From Octopus vulgaris (taxonomy: Eukaryota), in the NCBI GenBank assembly GCA_951406725.2, contig OX597817.1, positions 2,542,001-2,606,000 of the forward strand: a stretch of DNA of 64,000 bases. Reading direction: 5' to 3'. A program made the position numbers and the translations under genes. This document shows positions 12,991 to 26,257 of this stretch, piece by piece; the first letter of the stretch is position 1, and every line of letters starts with the position of its first letter. The notes under the pieces are model-generated. The model had not been told where the DNA came from, made no database searches, and saw only the letters and a list, made by a program, of their open reading frames with translations.

Positions 12991-13080
12991 GTATATATTA
13001 AAAATAAATTTTACCGATACGGCCAGTTTTCATACGCTAGCCACTGATATAGTCATTTTAATGATTATATCCTTAATTTA

Positions 13081-13121
<41 letters not shown>

Positions 13122-13149
13122 CAAGATAATTCATCTTTCCATTTCAACA

Positions 13150-13187
<38 letters not shown>

Positions 13188-13204
13188 TACACACACACAA
13201 GGTT

Positions 13205-13836
13205 TTTTCACAGGGCACTGTCTTAGGGCCACTGCTTTTTATAGTGGCCCTCTCAGACATGCCCTCAGCTGTTCATGTAGCCACCCTTGCTAGCTATGCA
13301 GATGACACAAAAGTCTGTAAGACAATAAAAATCCAAGAAATGTTGCACATTTGCAACGAAATTTGGACACGATATATAGGCGGGCTGAGAACAACAGCAT
13401 GCAGTTTAATGCAGGAAAATTCCAAGCCCTACGCTTCCAGCACACAAATCGAAGCGATATGCAGACATGCTATACTGGCCCAGGATGAATTGAAATCCCT
13501 GAATCAATATCAGTGCGTGACCTGGGCATTGACATGAGCAATGATGCATCTTTTCAAGTGCATAATACCGATTTGGTAATGAAATGCAGACAGCTGTCTG
13601 GATAGATCCTCCGAGCTTTCAAAACAAGTGAAAAGGATACATTGATGATCCTTCGGAGGACATACGTTCTCAGCCGCTTGAAATGCTGCTACCAACTATG
13701 GTCACCACACAATATAAAATCCACGACAGAACTCGAAGCAATTCAGCGAAGCTACACTTTGAAAATCGTCTCGATGTAACGTCTCAGCTACTGGGAAAGA
13801 CTGAAATAATTAAAATTCTTCTCCCTAGAACGAAGG
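13205..13836 (+). mobile_element. CR1-like LINE reverse transcriptase relic (frameshifted, with stops)
   Basis: QGTVLGPLLFIVALSDMP...SYADDTKV; RDLGIDMSNDASF; QLWSPH...ELEAIQRSYT; LSYWERLK...SLERR. Confidence 0.85.
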
Positions 13837-13904
13837 TGTAGCTTAGCCAACGGTGGTGTCCCAGCACGATCGCAGTTTAGAAGCTGAAACAATTTAAAGA
13901 TTTT

Positions 13905-14098
13905 TAAACTCGAAACATCAATGTTTGAGATTCCCGAGAGAGGCTGTCTCCTTGACATAAGCTCCTACGACACTGAACGAACGGGGTGTTTTCACACCTT
14001 TTTACCATAAGAGATATTTTTTCTTCACGGTAACTGCAGTGTATTCGTCTTTTGCAGTTGAAGTATGTGACAAAAATATTTCAACTAACCTAAATTGT
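13905..14098 (+). mobile_element. Solo arm of the long-TIR MITE at 58490-59045
   Basis: gacactgaacga...ggtgttttcacacctttttac...taactgcagtgta...gttgaa...atttcaact-acctaaatt matches 58880-59043. Confidence 0.7.
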
Positions 14099-14105
14099 GA
14101 ATATG

Positions 14106-14138
<33 letters not shown>

Positions 14139-14719
14139 ATACATATGCTCGAACACGCAAATGGGTTCCAGTTTCACAGTAGCTTTCTATATGTTGTTAC
14201 CAAACTGGCAAAATTTCCATTATAGCTTAGACGACTTGTCTTTATTTGTCTGGGAGAGCATATGTACATTAAAGTGAATTAATACTTTCTAGTAGACTAC
14301 GTATTTAACTTTTACTAATAAAAGTTTATATATATATGTGTATGTGTGTCTGAGTGTTCGCGCGCGTGTGTCTGCGTGCGAGTGTGAGTGCAAGTGCGTG
14401 TGTCCGAGTGTGTGTGCTGTAAACGAAATTATACGTAAAGAATAGTGTACTCAGTACTATTATAGAGTAGTATACTTGTAGTGCTCTGGACACCGCTTGT
14501 ATTTACTTATCTCTACTAACATTTTCATGATTAATTTCGAAAACCCAATCGATCTTATATTGTCTGATGTTTGAATGGTTAACATCTAAATTGCTATGAT
14601 GAAACCTTTTGTAAGCTTTATGGAAGGGATATGATATGACATTCAAAGATGTTTATATTGATTTAATGTTTAAACATTTTCCTCTTTCTATTCCTTTCAG
14701 GTAAAGTCGATGAAGTCCA

Positions 14720-15365
14720 TTATTGATGTGGAAATTGTTAAAGATTGTTTTGGGGTTTTGGCTTTAACATCGATGGTCCAGATCCCTTCTAGTCCGATCG
14801 AGCAGCCCAGACATTAGCATGATGACGAGTGGAGCAAACATATTGCTCGCCCCTTAATTACTCCATGCATGAAGCGCTGATAACTGTATTCAGTTTACTT
14901 TGATGTTATATTTATTCAGTAGCTACATGTTCCTTGTTATAAGACCCTATTTGGAATGCATTTTCATCTTACGTTTGAACAACTCGGATGCTGCATCTCT
15001 TGCAAAATATAGAAAAAATTGACAGACCATTGATGCAGTTAGATAGGTTTCTGATTTTATCTTAAAGGAAGATTCATCTTGAAACAGTTCCTTTCCTATA
15101 TCTTTTGAGAATCTGTTAACCAGGTCAATACTCTTCCCCATACCATCTGTATTTTTAGCATATAATTTTCCGGTAACCCGCAAAGAAGCAAAGTGTCAAG
15201 CCGGTGTTCCTGTCATCCGGTGAACTATTTACTCACCATTCAGAGTTCCTCAAAAATATGGTTAAGGGGCTTCCTGCGACTATAAACAGCATCACAAAGA
15301 GGCTGTCTCCTTGACATATACCCCTACGACACTTTATGTTATCTACGACAATAAAAGTACTTCCT
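14720..15365 (-). mobile_element. R4/Dong-like (RLE-class) LINE RT relic
   Basis: CRRGICQGDSLFVMLFIVAGSPLTIFL; KLYAKN...IDLVNRFSKDIG; a downstream GLLD.T..DL-like segment. Confidence 0.75.
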
Positions 15366-15940
15366 GCGTCAAACATGTGTGTATGCATGTAGTATGTATA
15401 TGCGCCTATATGTGTGTAAGTATATGTATATAAGTATCTATGCACGTATGTATATATAATCATATGTAGTTATGCGGCGTTTTTTATGACATTATCTAAT
15501 TTCCAGCATCCCTTAAAATATATTGCTTCTTGATATCAACAAAATGATTTTCGCGGTTAGGGTTACGATCTATTTACTTCTTTCTTCACTTAATTTATTG
15601 CCATCCCCCCTGGATTCGCAAAAACCGTAAATTATTCGATAAATTGTGGATAAGCTTATATATGCATACAAATACATACATGTGTGTGTGATGGCATATA
15701 ATTACATATACACATATATATATACGTAGCCATACACATACAGACAAGCACACGCTCATATATATATATATATATATATTTCACTGCGATGGTTTTGTTT
15801 AGCAGCCTCGATTTTTACAATTCTGTAAATAATAAAAGTATTTTATAAGCTAAAGGACTATAACCGATCACAGTGCCATGACTAAAGAAAATTGTCTGAT
15901 AATAGGGCATATAAGCCCTCTACGAAAAACAGTAAGTTTT

Positions 15941-16013
15941 CCCGCACGCATCGGACTCGAACACACCTCTTTGTTAAGGCGACTAAGTGTGCTACCGTTA
16001 CACCAACGCACCA
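15941..16013 (-). pseudogene. tRNA-like sequence (tRNA pseudogene or SINE head)
   Basis: A box TGGTGTAACGG, D-stem GTGT/GCAC and B box GTTCGAGTC; anticodon and acceptor stems are poor. Confidence 0.45.
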
Positions 16014-16139
16014 AGCTGTGGCCTTTTGTCAGATTTAAGAACTATAATTAGTTCGTAGCTGTATTTGTAAACAAACTTTCATGTATGCATGTATGTATGT
16101 ATGTATGTATGTATGTATGTATGTATGTATGTATGTATG

Positions 16140-16190
<51 letters not shown>

Positions 16191-16220
16191 ATGTATGTAT
16201 ATATATATATATATATATAT

Positions 16221-16255
<35 letters not shown>

Positions 16256-16649
16256 CACGCACATACATATGTGTGTTTTTGTGTGTCTGTGAATACATGT
16301 ATATATATGTTTGTGTGTGTATGTCTAAGGTATTCATTCGCTTTCTTTATGCATTTATCTATGTCTGTCTGCTTCGAAGTTTACTTCGTTCTGTTGTTTC
16401 AATGTTTCTTTCTCTACTTCCTTTATCCTCAGTTCTCATATCACCTTGGTTAATCTCTACAGTAAAATTTCCATCCAAAACACCAGTAAACTATCTCATT
16501 AAGAATTCGCTAGAGGGATACATGAGAAACAAATTTATTAACATAAATTTCTTGCATTTCCCTTCTGGGGTTTGGGATTAAAAACGAAAATTCTACGAGT
16601 CAGTCTATACGTATGCGTATATTTGCGCGCCTACACACACGCACACACA

Positions 16650-16716
<67 letters not shown>

Positions 16717-18429
16717 ACACACACAAACACACACACACAGACACACACACATATGTATGCATATGCGCGCACGTATGTATAAATTACTAGCATATAAAAT
16801 TCAAATTGCTGACTGCCACCATTATACACTCGTTTCAGGCATGTGTTTCATTTTGCCAGTGTGTACCTGTCTTCGTGTTTGTCAATCAACGAATACTGCC
16901 ACACGCAGTCATATTCCACATGTAACCCCGCAAGTGCGCACATGTGGCATAGTGGTTTTCGTTATGGTGTCCTTAGTGCAATATAACAATTAATGCTTGA
17001 CACCAGCAAGGTCATGATGATAATGATGATGATGATAATGATGAAGACGACAATGGTGGTGGTGGTGGTGGTGGTGTTTGCGGATGACGGCGACGACGAT
17101 AACAATAATCATGTGTATGATATCGATGCTGCTGCTGATGTTGGTAACGATGGTGAGGGGATTTTAGGATAATAGTAATCACTATAATTATTAATGAATT
17201 TAATGATGTGAATGTAAATAACGAATGGATTGAGAATCCTGCTCCTACCCCACCCCCTGAATGACCTCCATCACCACAAAAAGACTGACGTTTAAAAGAT
17301 AAAGTTGTAAGATTTAACGTAATAATAACATTTTTCTTCGTTTTCTGAGCGAATTTCTAATTTTGTAACATGGATGAACAATGAAGTTATTACAAGGACA
17401 TCAGCATGACATTTAAAAGCGGACAGTCAGCATCTACTCATAGGTAGCTTCCTTTCATGCATCTACATATAATAATAAGAATAGTTTTCTTCGTGAGGTC
17501 AAGCACATTGATTAGTGAAAAATGAATAAATCAGACTAATATTCCGTGTCTTTTTCAAATGCATTAATGACATCGTTGCCTGTACTGAATACAGTTAATT
17601 AAATATTTCATTTGATCGTTCATGGGTAGAATGGATTGCGCTTATTGAAATTATTCTAGAATCGTACCGTTTCTATTTCAGTAGCAGCAGAGGACTAAAA
17701 AATTACAAAAATTAATGTTATAGAATAAAGTTCATGTACCATGATGAAATCTGAATGTTGACGTTTTGAGCAGGAATTCATTGCAGCATAAGATTAATTT
17801 CATTAATTAATATTTGATGTAAGAGTTCATTACAAGCCATCATCAGTTTTCTTGAATCTCTTTCTAATTTTTCTTAATTGGATAACATAATTAGTCAGTT
17901 TTAGAAATATTCTTACACAAATATATAGAGGGCAACCCAGCTGAACCCATTCGAATCAGATGCTGTTCGGAAATTTTAATTCTACTGACATTTGAACACA
18001 TATAAGAATGTGGTTGCAAGTATTATGATTTTTACTTCAAATCGTACAGCATTCGACTATAACAAACGTTGGATGGAACAGAATTAATATGAACTTAACT
18101 TGAAAATGAAACGGACAGTAAATGAAAATAAACAGAATTGCGTCTTGCGTAGATGGAAGTTAGAAACGAAATTGCAAAGTTAATAGAAATAGCTAGTAGA
18201 AAACACGATTCACCTAAATATTTTTTGCCAGAATTGGAATGAATGAAATTAAGATAAAGTTATGTATGTAAAGTTGTACATGAAACGACGATGAACACGG
18301 TTCTTCACAGAAGATAATGCGGCCTTAAATTCATTCCACAAATGAAAAGGATAGATGGTTACGGGTCTGGTCGAACTTAGGTTAAGAGCAATATCGACGT
18401 AGACAAAAACAATAATAGTAATTGTTTTA

Positions 18430-18995
18430 AATTTTGGCACAAGGCCAGAAATTTTAAGGGAAGATTGTCAGTCGATGACACGGACCCCGAAAAATGAAAT
18501 GCGAAGTCGATCACAGCAGCTTTTGAACTCTGAACACGGAGGGACGAAATGTCGCTAAGGATTATGCCCAGCGTGCTAGTGATTCTGCCAGCACGCCGCC
18601 TTAACAACAGCATCAACAACAACAATAATAATCCTTTTTGCTAAAGGCACAAGGTCTGAAATTTTAGGGGAGAGATACTTAATTTATCGACCCCGAAAGG
18701 ATGAAAGGCAAAGTCGACCCCGGCGGAATTTGAACTCAGAACGTAGCGGCAGACGAAATCCCTATTTCTTTACTACACACAAGGGGCTAAACACAGAGAG
18801 AACAAACAAGGACAGACAAACGGATTAAGTCGATTATATCGACTCCAATGCGTAACTGGTACTTAATTTATCGACCCCGAAAGGATGAAAGGCAAAGTCG
18901 ACCTCGGCGAAATTTGAACTCAGAACGTAGCGGCAGACGAAATACCGCTATGCATTTCGCCCGGCGCACTAATGATTCTGCCAGCTCGCTGCCTT
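18430..18995 (-). mobile_element. Cluster of SINE copies (9062 family), one with an internal duplication
   Basis: acttaatttatcgaccccgaaaggatgaaaggcaaagtcgacc...cagacgaaat occurs twice (about 18677 and 18861); heads end at about 18602 and 18995. Confidence 0.85.
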
Positions 18996-19039
18996 AACAA
19001 CAACAACAACAACAACAACAACAATAATAATATTGTCGC

Positions 19040-19570
19040 AGTACCAGGCACTGGCTCTCATGGCTTTTCATCTTAACTGATTTGAAGTGTTATCATGTAC
19101 ATTGTTTTGTCTTGGTGTAGGAGGTGGGCTACAGCAAATATTCTGCTCAACACCACATATATGTTTATCAGTTGCTTGACCATAACCAGTTGGGCATGTC
19201 CCTTGGTGGTTGAAAATATGAGCCTCTCTGATCACGAGTAGAAGTAGTTGGGGAGCCCCATTCTTTGGGGTTTGAATAATTCCCCTCAGAAAACTTCGGT
19301 GTTTTGTTCATCACCCTTAGACAAACCTCATTCAGGGTCCTTTTGAGCGGGATGGGCTACTCATTGTGAAGAAAATTCTTACAGGGCCCCACTTGCAAGG
19401 TCATGCACTGGTTATCTTGATTGCGATCACCATGTCGCACACATATGGTTGTGATGTATGTGCCTGGTGTACCATTATCAGACAGGTAGTCATGATGGGT
19501 ATATTGGGCTTCATATATTTGTACCCCAGTGTCACTTCGATGGCATTCGCTGCTCTCTCATTCAGTAATC
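19040..19570. mobile_element. Unclassified interspersed-repeat-like segment next to an (AAC/AAT)n tract
   Basis: Higher-GC block bounded by AAT-rich sequence; no protein motif recognised; single copy in this window. Confidence 0.3.
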
Positions 19571-19769
19571 GTAATAACCTAAGGTTACAGGTAGTAACCT
19601 GCTATCTACATAAATTCTAACAAGAATAAGAATGAACCTGCATCAAATCATCATCAATGATGATGGTTTCTTTTCTTGGTTACAGAGGATTAAATGCTTA
19701 GACTGAGTAGTGCGGTATCAACCAAAGCAACTGATAATAATACACTACCAAAGCGAATAGGCCTCTAAT

Positions 19770-20860
19770 AGGTGGGAAAATCACCTGGGGTAAATCGGTG
19801 TACCCTACACAAAGCAGAGTTTCCCCTCATAATTTTTCTCCCGTTTGCAGTTATATTATCAGATTAGCCTTATTTTAGTTTGATTAATAGTGCAGCTCTC
19901 ACCTACCTTTCATAAAACATAAAACATACCTTTCATAAAGCTGAAGGAAGCATCACCCTCTTCCTGTGAAGTGTTTGCTGGCAGCGAAATGGATTTCCTT
20001 TCCCTTCAACAGGAAATGCGAAAATAAGGGATCAAATTTGATTAACTGTTTCCAGAGACAAATCAAGATGATCAAACTTTAATTCTCCCCCGATGCAATC
20101 CGGGAACTTCCTGTTTCTGCTTGACTTATCCGGAACTACTTTCTCTCAGTCCATTTCTGAGTGAGATTGGCTGCGCTACTCGTGAAATCTTTTGTGTTTT
20201 TCTTTACCTAGAAGTTTAATCTGAAGCAGGACATGAGCACTTTAAGCAGATCCTCGATCCAACAACGGAAACTGCTGCCATCCACCGTGATCCACCGTGA
20301 TACAACATCACTAACATGTCTTCATTAATACCTGTTTCCGTTACCTTCCACGGGTAGTTGCCCGCTACCTCCGTAAAATCTACCTCTGCGAATGTTAAGT
20401 AGTTTTTCCATAAATTTAGGAACGGAATGCAACTGCATAGCAGTAGTAATACCATATTACTCCGTTACCATAGACGCCTTCAAATAGATTTCTGTAGTGT
20501 CAAACACACGAGAAACAATTTTTCTTCTGGATATTTCGATTCCCGCATTGTCTAATACAGTTACGATGACGGTTTCTAACTTTGTAGCTACAGTGTTCCT
20601 GTGTCCTAAATCTAGCGGAATGCTCATTGATGTCATAAATTTCTGCAGGAAAAGGTCGAGTGCCAAAATATACAGAACTGAAGACAGACTGAATACTTGA
20701 TAGACTGAGAGCCCGAGGCAAAAGGATTCCGGTTCTGTTACACAACTGAATTAATAGCTGGATTTATTATTTGATATTTAAATAATTTTATACATAGATT
20801 ATGGAAGACATGTGTGGTTTGATGATTCTACTAAAGTTGGTGATGGGGTTAGCAGTTTAG
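19770..20860 (-). mobile_element. Possible degenerate Ty3/gypsy gag region
   Basis: Broken frame ...VFDTTEIYLKASMVTE*YGITTAMQL...; decayed knuckle-like KLCFV*GTP near 19800; LTR-end-like TGTAACA|GAAC at about 20740; partial second copy at 21660-21815. Confidence 0.35.
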
Positions 20861-22004
20861 GATTCAATATATTTTTCTCGAACACGCACAATCAAACATT
20901 CATAACCCTGTGTGTATACATTTATCTTTGTACGCATATTTATGTTTATATGCCAGTGCATATATAGTATGTATGCGTATATGCATGTGTGTGTGCGTGT
21001 GTGCGTGCGTGTGTGTGTATGTGAGTGTGTGTGTGCGTGCGTGCATGTTTTATACATTTCTTATGGGCTGAATCCTTAGGGAGATTTTGCTTTCAAAAAA
21101 TCTCATACTTCTTAAGCTAGCAAAAATTTAAAACTTTTCTAATCTCTTCAAGTCACCCCATAACGACAACTCATTAAGCTGTATGAATTCTGTTATATGA
21201 TTAAATATTGAAGCACAAGGAGGAGAAACATCTTTTCTTTCGGTCGAGTTGCTTATGTAAACTTTTGCTTTATCCTTCAATCAGCAGATTTGGTTTTTGT
21301 CTTTACTTTCATTGCAAATTTTATTTTCAGTTAGTTGCTCAACGATATAGATTTCTTAATTCCTATAGGCACCAAATTATTTATTTATTTATTTATTTCT
21401 GTTTTTTGGTAAAGCCTTAAATTCCTTCGTTTATCATAAGTTAAGTCAGCCATTTTGAACAAAGAAGCTGACTGGTGTCCCTATAGACAAAACATCAACA
21501 GAATGCCCCAAGGAATAATACACTGGATTAGTTTCCCACTACATTTTTCAGTCTATGGAGAGGAAATTTTTGTGTTTCAAATAAAAAATGTAAGCTAATG
21601 AAACAGTCGTTAAGTACATAGTGGTCCTGCTGCTTACTGCGACCTAACGAAGTTTCTACTCGCGTTTTCACCTCTGAGAATGTTAACTTTTTTCTCCATA
21701 AATTCAGTAACTGAATACAACTGCATAGCAGGTAGTAATACCATATTTCTCCGTTACCATAGATGTCTTCAAAGTACATTTCTGTTGAGTCAAACATACG
21801 AGAAATAAGTTTTTCCTTTCGATAGCACGATGGGATTAGAGGGAGTCGATTTAATTCTTTATTTATTTACTTATTTCAGCGGATACACTTCGTGTCCTAA
21901 TAACAAGTAGTTCATTTTACATGAAAGTTATTTTATGAACTTTTAATCTAAGCTCGCTCAGACTAATTATGCTATAGACATTAAGAGGCGTATATACGTC
22001 TAGT

Positions 22005-22041
<37 letters not shown>

Positions 22042-22081
22042 TTTGTGTGTGCATATATGCATGCGTAAGCCTACATACAGA

Positions 22082-22170
<89 letters not shown>

Positions 22171-22202
22171 GTGTGTCTATGTATATATATATGAAATAAG
22201 AA

Positions 22203-22447
22203 ATAAATGCGCCCTTTTAAAGCCTAGCCAGGCTCACGAGCCCGGTTTCCCGGTTTCTATGGTGTATGTGTTCCCCAGCTGAACGGGACACCAGTCCATC
22301 GCCGCGTTACTCATTTTTGCTGGCTGAGTGGAATGGAGCAACGTGAAATGAAGTGTTTTGTTCAAGAACACAACGCGTCGCCCGGTCCAGGAATCGAAAC
22401 CACAATCTTACGACCATGATGCTGACACTCTAAGTCACGCGCCTCCA
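22203..22447 (-). mobile_element. tRNA-derived SINE (same family as 3457-3698)
   Basis: Near-collinear identity with 3457-3698. Confidence 0.85.
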
Positions 22448-22947
22448 TACATACACACACATATATATATATGTGTGTGTATGTATGTATATAAAAGACA
22501 AAATAGAGTGAAAAAACTAGTGTTATAAGGTTAGAATGTGTTGAAATCGTTCTTAGAAAAATGTTATAAAATTTTGCGAATAGTAATATTGTTTTGGAGA
22601 AATGTGAACACCGACTTTAATGTAGCGCATAGAGTATTTAAATCGTTACTAATTTGTTCTTGCTATTAAATGAATTCATTTTGGGGTTTGTTAATGAACT
22701 TTGGGTTGAGGTTTGTGCATAAAAGTTGTATGTTATTATCAACCAGATCAGTGTGTCTTCACTGTTTTCCCCCTCACGGCCAAGGAGGTTTGACTCCTCG
22801 ATTTTGTTATTTAAGGTAATGAGGTGTGAGTAAAATATTTTTGAGTTCTTTAAGTATGTCCTCGTTTGTAATTTCATCCGAAGTGTTAGTCTTCTCTGGC
22901 ACATTCCGTCTCACGTGGTTTAGTATATGTATATTTATATATATATA

Positions 22948-22978
<31 letters not shown>

Positions 22979-23097
22979 GTATATGTATATGTTAAACCGT
23001 CCTTCTTCCCTTCTTTCCTGAGCGTCCAATAATACTATATTTGTTCCACGTCCTCGCGTTGTTGTGTTTTTTTGTGTTTTCTTGTTTGGATTAACTT

Positions 23098-23186
<89 letters not shown>

Positions 23187-23281
23187 GTATATATACATAT
23201 ATACGTATATATATGTATATATATGTATGTATGTATATACATATATACATATACATGTATGTATATGAATGTATATATACG

Positions 23282-23315
<34 letters not shown>

Positions 23316-23368
23316 TATATTGTTTTGGATTCATGTTGGCAGAAGATGAATATATATATATGTGTACA

Positions 23369-23403
<35 letters not shown>

Positions 23404-23458
23404 AAAGCTCATAGGTTATGATTTAACCTATTTATGTAGAAATTTGAGAGTGCTATTA

Positions 23459-23524
<66 letters not shown>

Positions 23525-23528
<4 letters not shown>

Positions 23529-24505
23529 CCAAAAAGCAAATGACGAAGACAGGTGGTGTAGACAACAAACAGATATATTAGTTTAACCCTCGTGAAATGA
23601 AAAAAGTCTTTAACGTTTCGAGCCTACGCTCTTCGACAGAAATGTACACAGAAATAAACAGGGAGAGAAAATAAAGAATGTGTAGTGGCTAGCGATCTAT
23701 CACGGCGAATGCAAGACAGAGTGGTCACACTGGAGATTTAGGAAGAGGTAGAGATAATAAAGTAGTGGTAATCCCAAAACGAAGGTGCGCATGCGTATGT
23801 ATAAGAGCATTATGTGCGTGTGGAAGAGTGAGGTGACCTTGACGTCTGCATGTGTAGGTGTGTGAATGATGGTGTGGGGCAGGAAAGTGGTCAGTGCTTG
23901 TTTGTACGTGGTGGTGTTCGGATGTGGAGGAGGCGAGAGCGTGGAAAACAAGGGTGGGGTGTGTGTTAAGCTGAAGGGAGTGGTAGAGGTGAGATATGTC
24001 TGAATGGGTGTAAGGGATGGGGTGGGGTGGGATGGGATTGATAGGGAAGGTGGGGTTGGATTGTGTAGTGGTGGAGTTACAAAGAAGGGGGGTGATGAAG
24101 CGAGAGGGGAAGGGAGAAGGTGAGTAGGAGTGAAGAAAAGAGAGATGAAGGGTAGGAGTGAAGAGAAGAAGTAGGAGTCGGAATGGAAGGAGGAAGTAGA
24201 TGTGGGAGGAAGAGAGCAGAGGGGAGGAGGGTTAGATGAAGTGGGGTGGAGAGGTTAACCATATGGCACAGATGAGCGAAGAGAGAAGATTAATCCTTGT
24301 TCACGGTGAAGACGAGAATCCGGATGGCCCCTGTGCAAGGACAATCCGGTGTTGCAAAGAGTGACCGGTAGAGCAGAAATGGCGCGAGGACGGGGTGTCA
24401 TTGCCAAGTTGGATGTCTCGGAGGTGTTTCGCAAACCGATCAGCCAAGCGGCGTCCTCTTCACCCGATGTATAGATAAGGGCAGAGAGAGCATGTGATGC
24501 AATAT
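23525..24505 (-). mobile_element. Penelope-like element 3' fragment: GIY-YIG endonuclease, pyrimidine-rich UTR and pLTR with hammerhead-like motif
   Basis: YCITCSLCPYLYIG*RGRRLADRFAKHLRDI...SRHF...GH...RLHREQGLIFSLRSSVPYG at about 24260-24505; CTGTCGA-A-GAGC-gtag-GCTC-GAAA-CG-TT at 23608-23643. Confidence 0.85.
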
Positions 24506-25620
24506 ATATATATATACATCGTTTAGTTTTGACTGTCGGAGAAGAGAGTACCTAATGCTATAATAGAGATTATTAATAAATTTCACGTTGATCGGATCAG
24601 TCACTTGATAGTGTGAGTTTCGCGTGCGGTTTATGACAGGAAAACTGATGGAATTTGCTTTGCATATCTATATGTAGGGTTCTTGTTATGCGATGGAAAG
24701 AAAATATGGTAAAGTGGGGGAATAAAAGAAGTAAGCAGAAGGAAAATAAGGTAAAGTATGTAAAAGAGAAGAAAGATTTCCTCTTACTCTCTCTTTTCTT
24801 TTTGTCTTTCTTTGTGCATTTCCTTTTCCCTATCTCTTTCTTCTGTTTCCTTTTCTCTTTGTTCTCACTATTTTTTCTTCCTTTTTCAGATTTTGTCTCC
24901 ATCACCATATCCTATGGCAGAAACCTTATGTGCGAATTCCATAATTTCGCCTGTCATAACTTTCCAGAAAATCCTTTGTACCCATGAGCGAAAAGCGAAG
25001 AGACTGATTCGCCAAAATAATATATGTGTGTACGTATGTGTGTGCATGTGTGAGTTTGTCTGTGTGCGTATGTATGTATGTATATATGTATGTATATATG
25101 TATGTATGTATGTATTTATCTATGTAAGCATTAAAGATTGATTTTATGTTAAGTTATATATTACAGTTTAACATTAAATTCGATTGGATATCAATATTTT
25201 CAGTGTGGTAACCTGTCTGTTGACAGAATGTGAAACAAAACTTCAAAATCATTCTTAAGTATGAATGCATGCATGTATGTATATACATGTATGTATGTAT
25301 GTATGTATGTATGTATGTATGTATGTATGTATGTATGTATGTATTTATGTATGTATGTATGTATGTATATATATATCTATATATGTATATATATATATGT
25401 ATAGATATATATATATATATATATCCACATATATATGTATATAGGTGTGTGTGTGTGAGTGTGTATGTGACGCAATAACTCTAGAATCGGCAATCACTCG
25501 AGCATTTCCGACTATTATTGGTTGGAATAAAAAATACATCATAGAAATCGAACTCTGGTTACCTCCATTTACTTTCTTTACAAACATATACACACACATA
25601 CATGCATATACATATATACA

Positions 25621-25775
25621 ACGGGCTTGTTTCAGTTTCCGTCTACCAAATCCACTCACAAGGCTTTGGTCGGCCCGAGGCTATATTAGAAGACATTTGC
25701 CGAAGGTGCCACGCGGTGGGACTTAACCTGGAACCATGTGGTTGGTAAGCAGGCTACTTACCACACAGCCACTCT
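25621..25775 (-). mobile_element. tRNA-derived SINE head (5141 family)
   Basis: AGTGGCTGTGTGGTAAGTAGCCTGCTTACCAACCAC...GGCACCTTCGGCAAATGTCTTCTA. Confidence 0.8.
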
Positions 25776-26085
25776 TACGTCATTGTTCACCTCCCTCCCA
25801 TGCTGCCGAGGGTTTTGGCTTCTTAACCCTACTGTTAAATTCATATTTTAACTTTTCAACGCCACGAATACATTTTGTCCAAATACCTCGGCTCAGTGCG
25901 TTTTGCATCCCACATACCATCTTTTTCGATTGCAAAATAGTTTTACCACGTGAACCAAGTTCTGTTAGGAATCACTTCCTGTCAGTCAACCCTACTGTTT
26001 GGGTCACACATTCTGTTTCATTGTATTTCTTAACATTAAGAAGTTTTATAAACATATACATATATATGTTCTTTATTAGTATGTA

Positions 26086-26127
<42 letters not shown>

Positions 26128-26257
26128 ACTGCGTGTGTGTTGAATGTTTAATTGTAAAAATTAATTCTTTCCATATTATGCGAGAGAATAGTTTTGCAAA
26201 TTTATCCACAATCTTGCACAGTAACGTGTTTGAATGCTACATATTATAAATATCCTT

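Noticed and set aside
14680-14820. Plus-strand exon after the strong acceptor cctttcag
   Set aside because: The sequence is better explained as the antisense of the R4-like RT relic.
22540-22920. Penelope ORF N-terminus on the minus strand
   Set aside because: No diagnostic motif recognisable.
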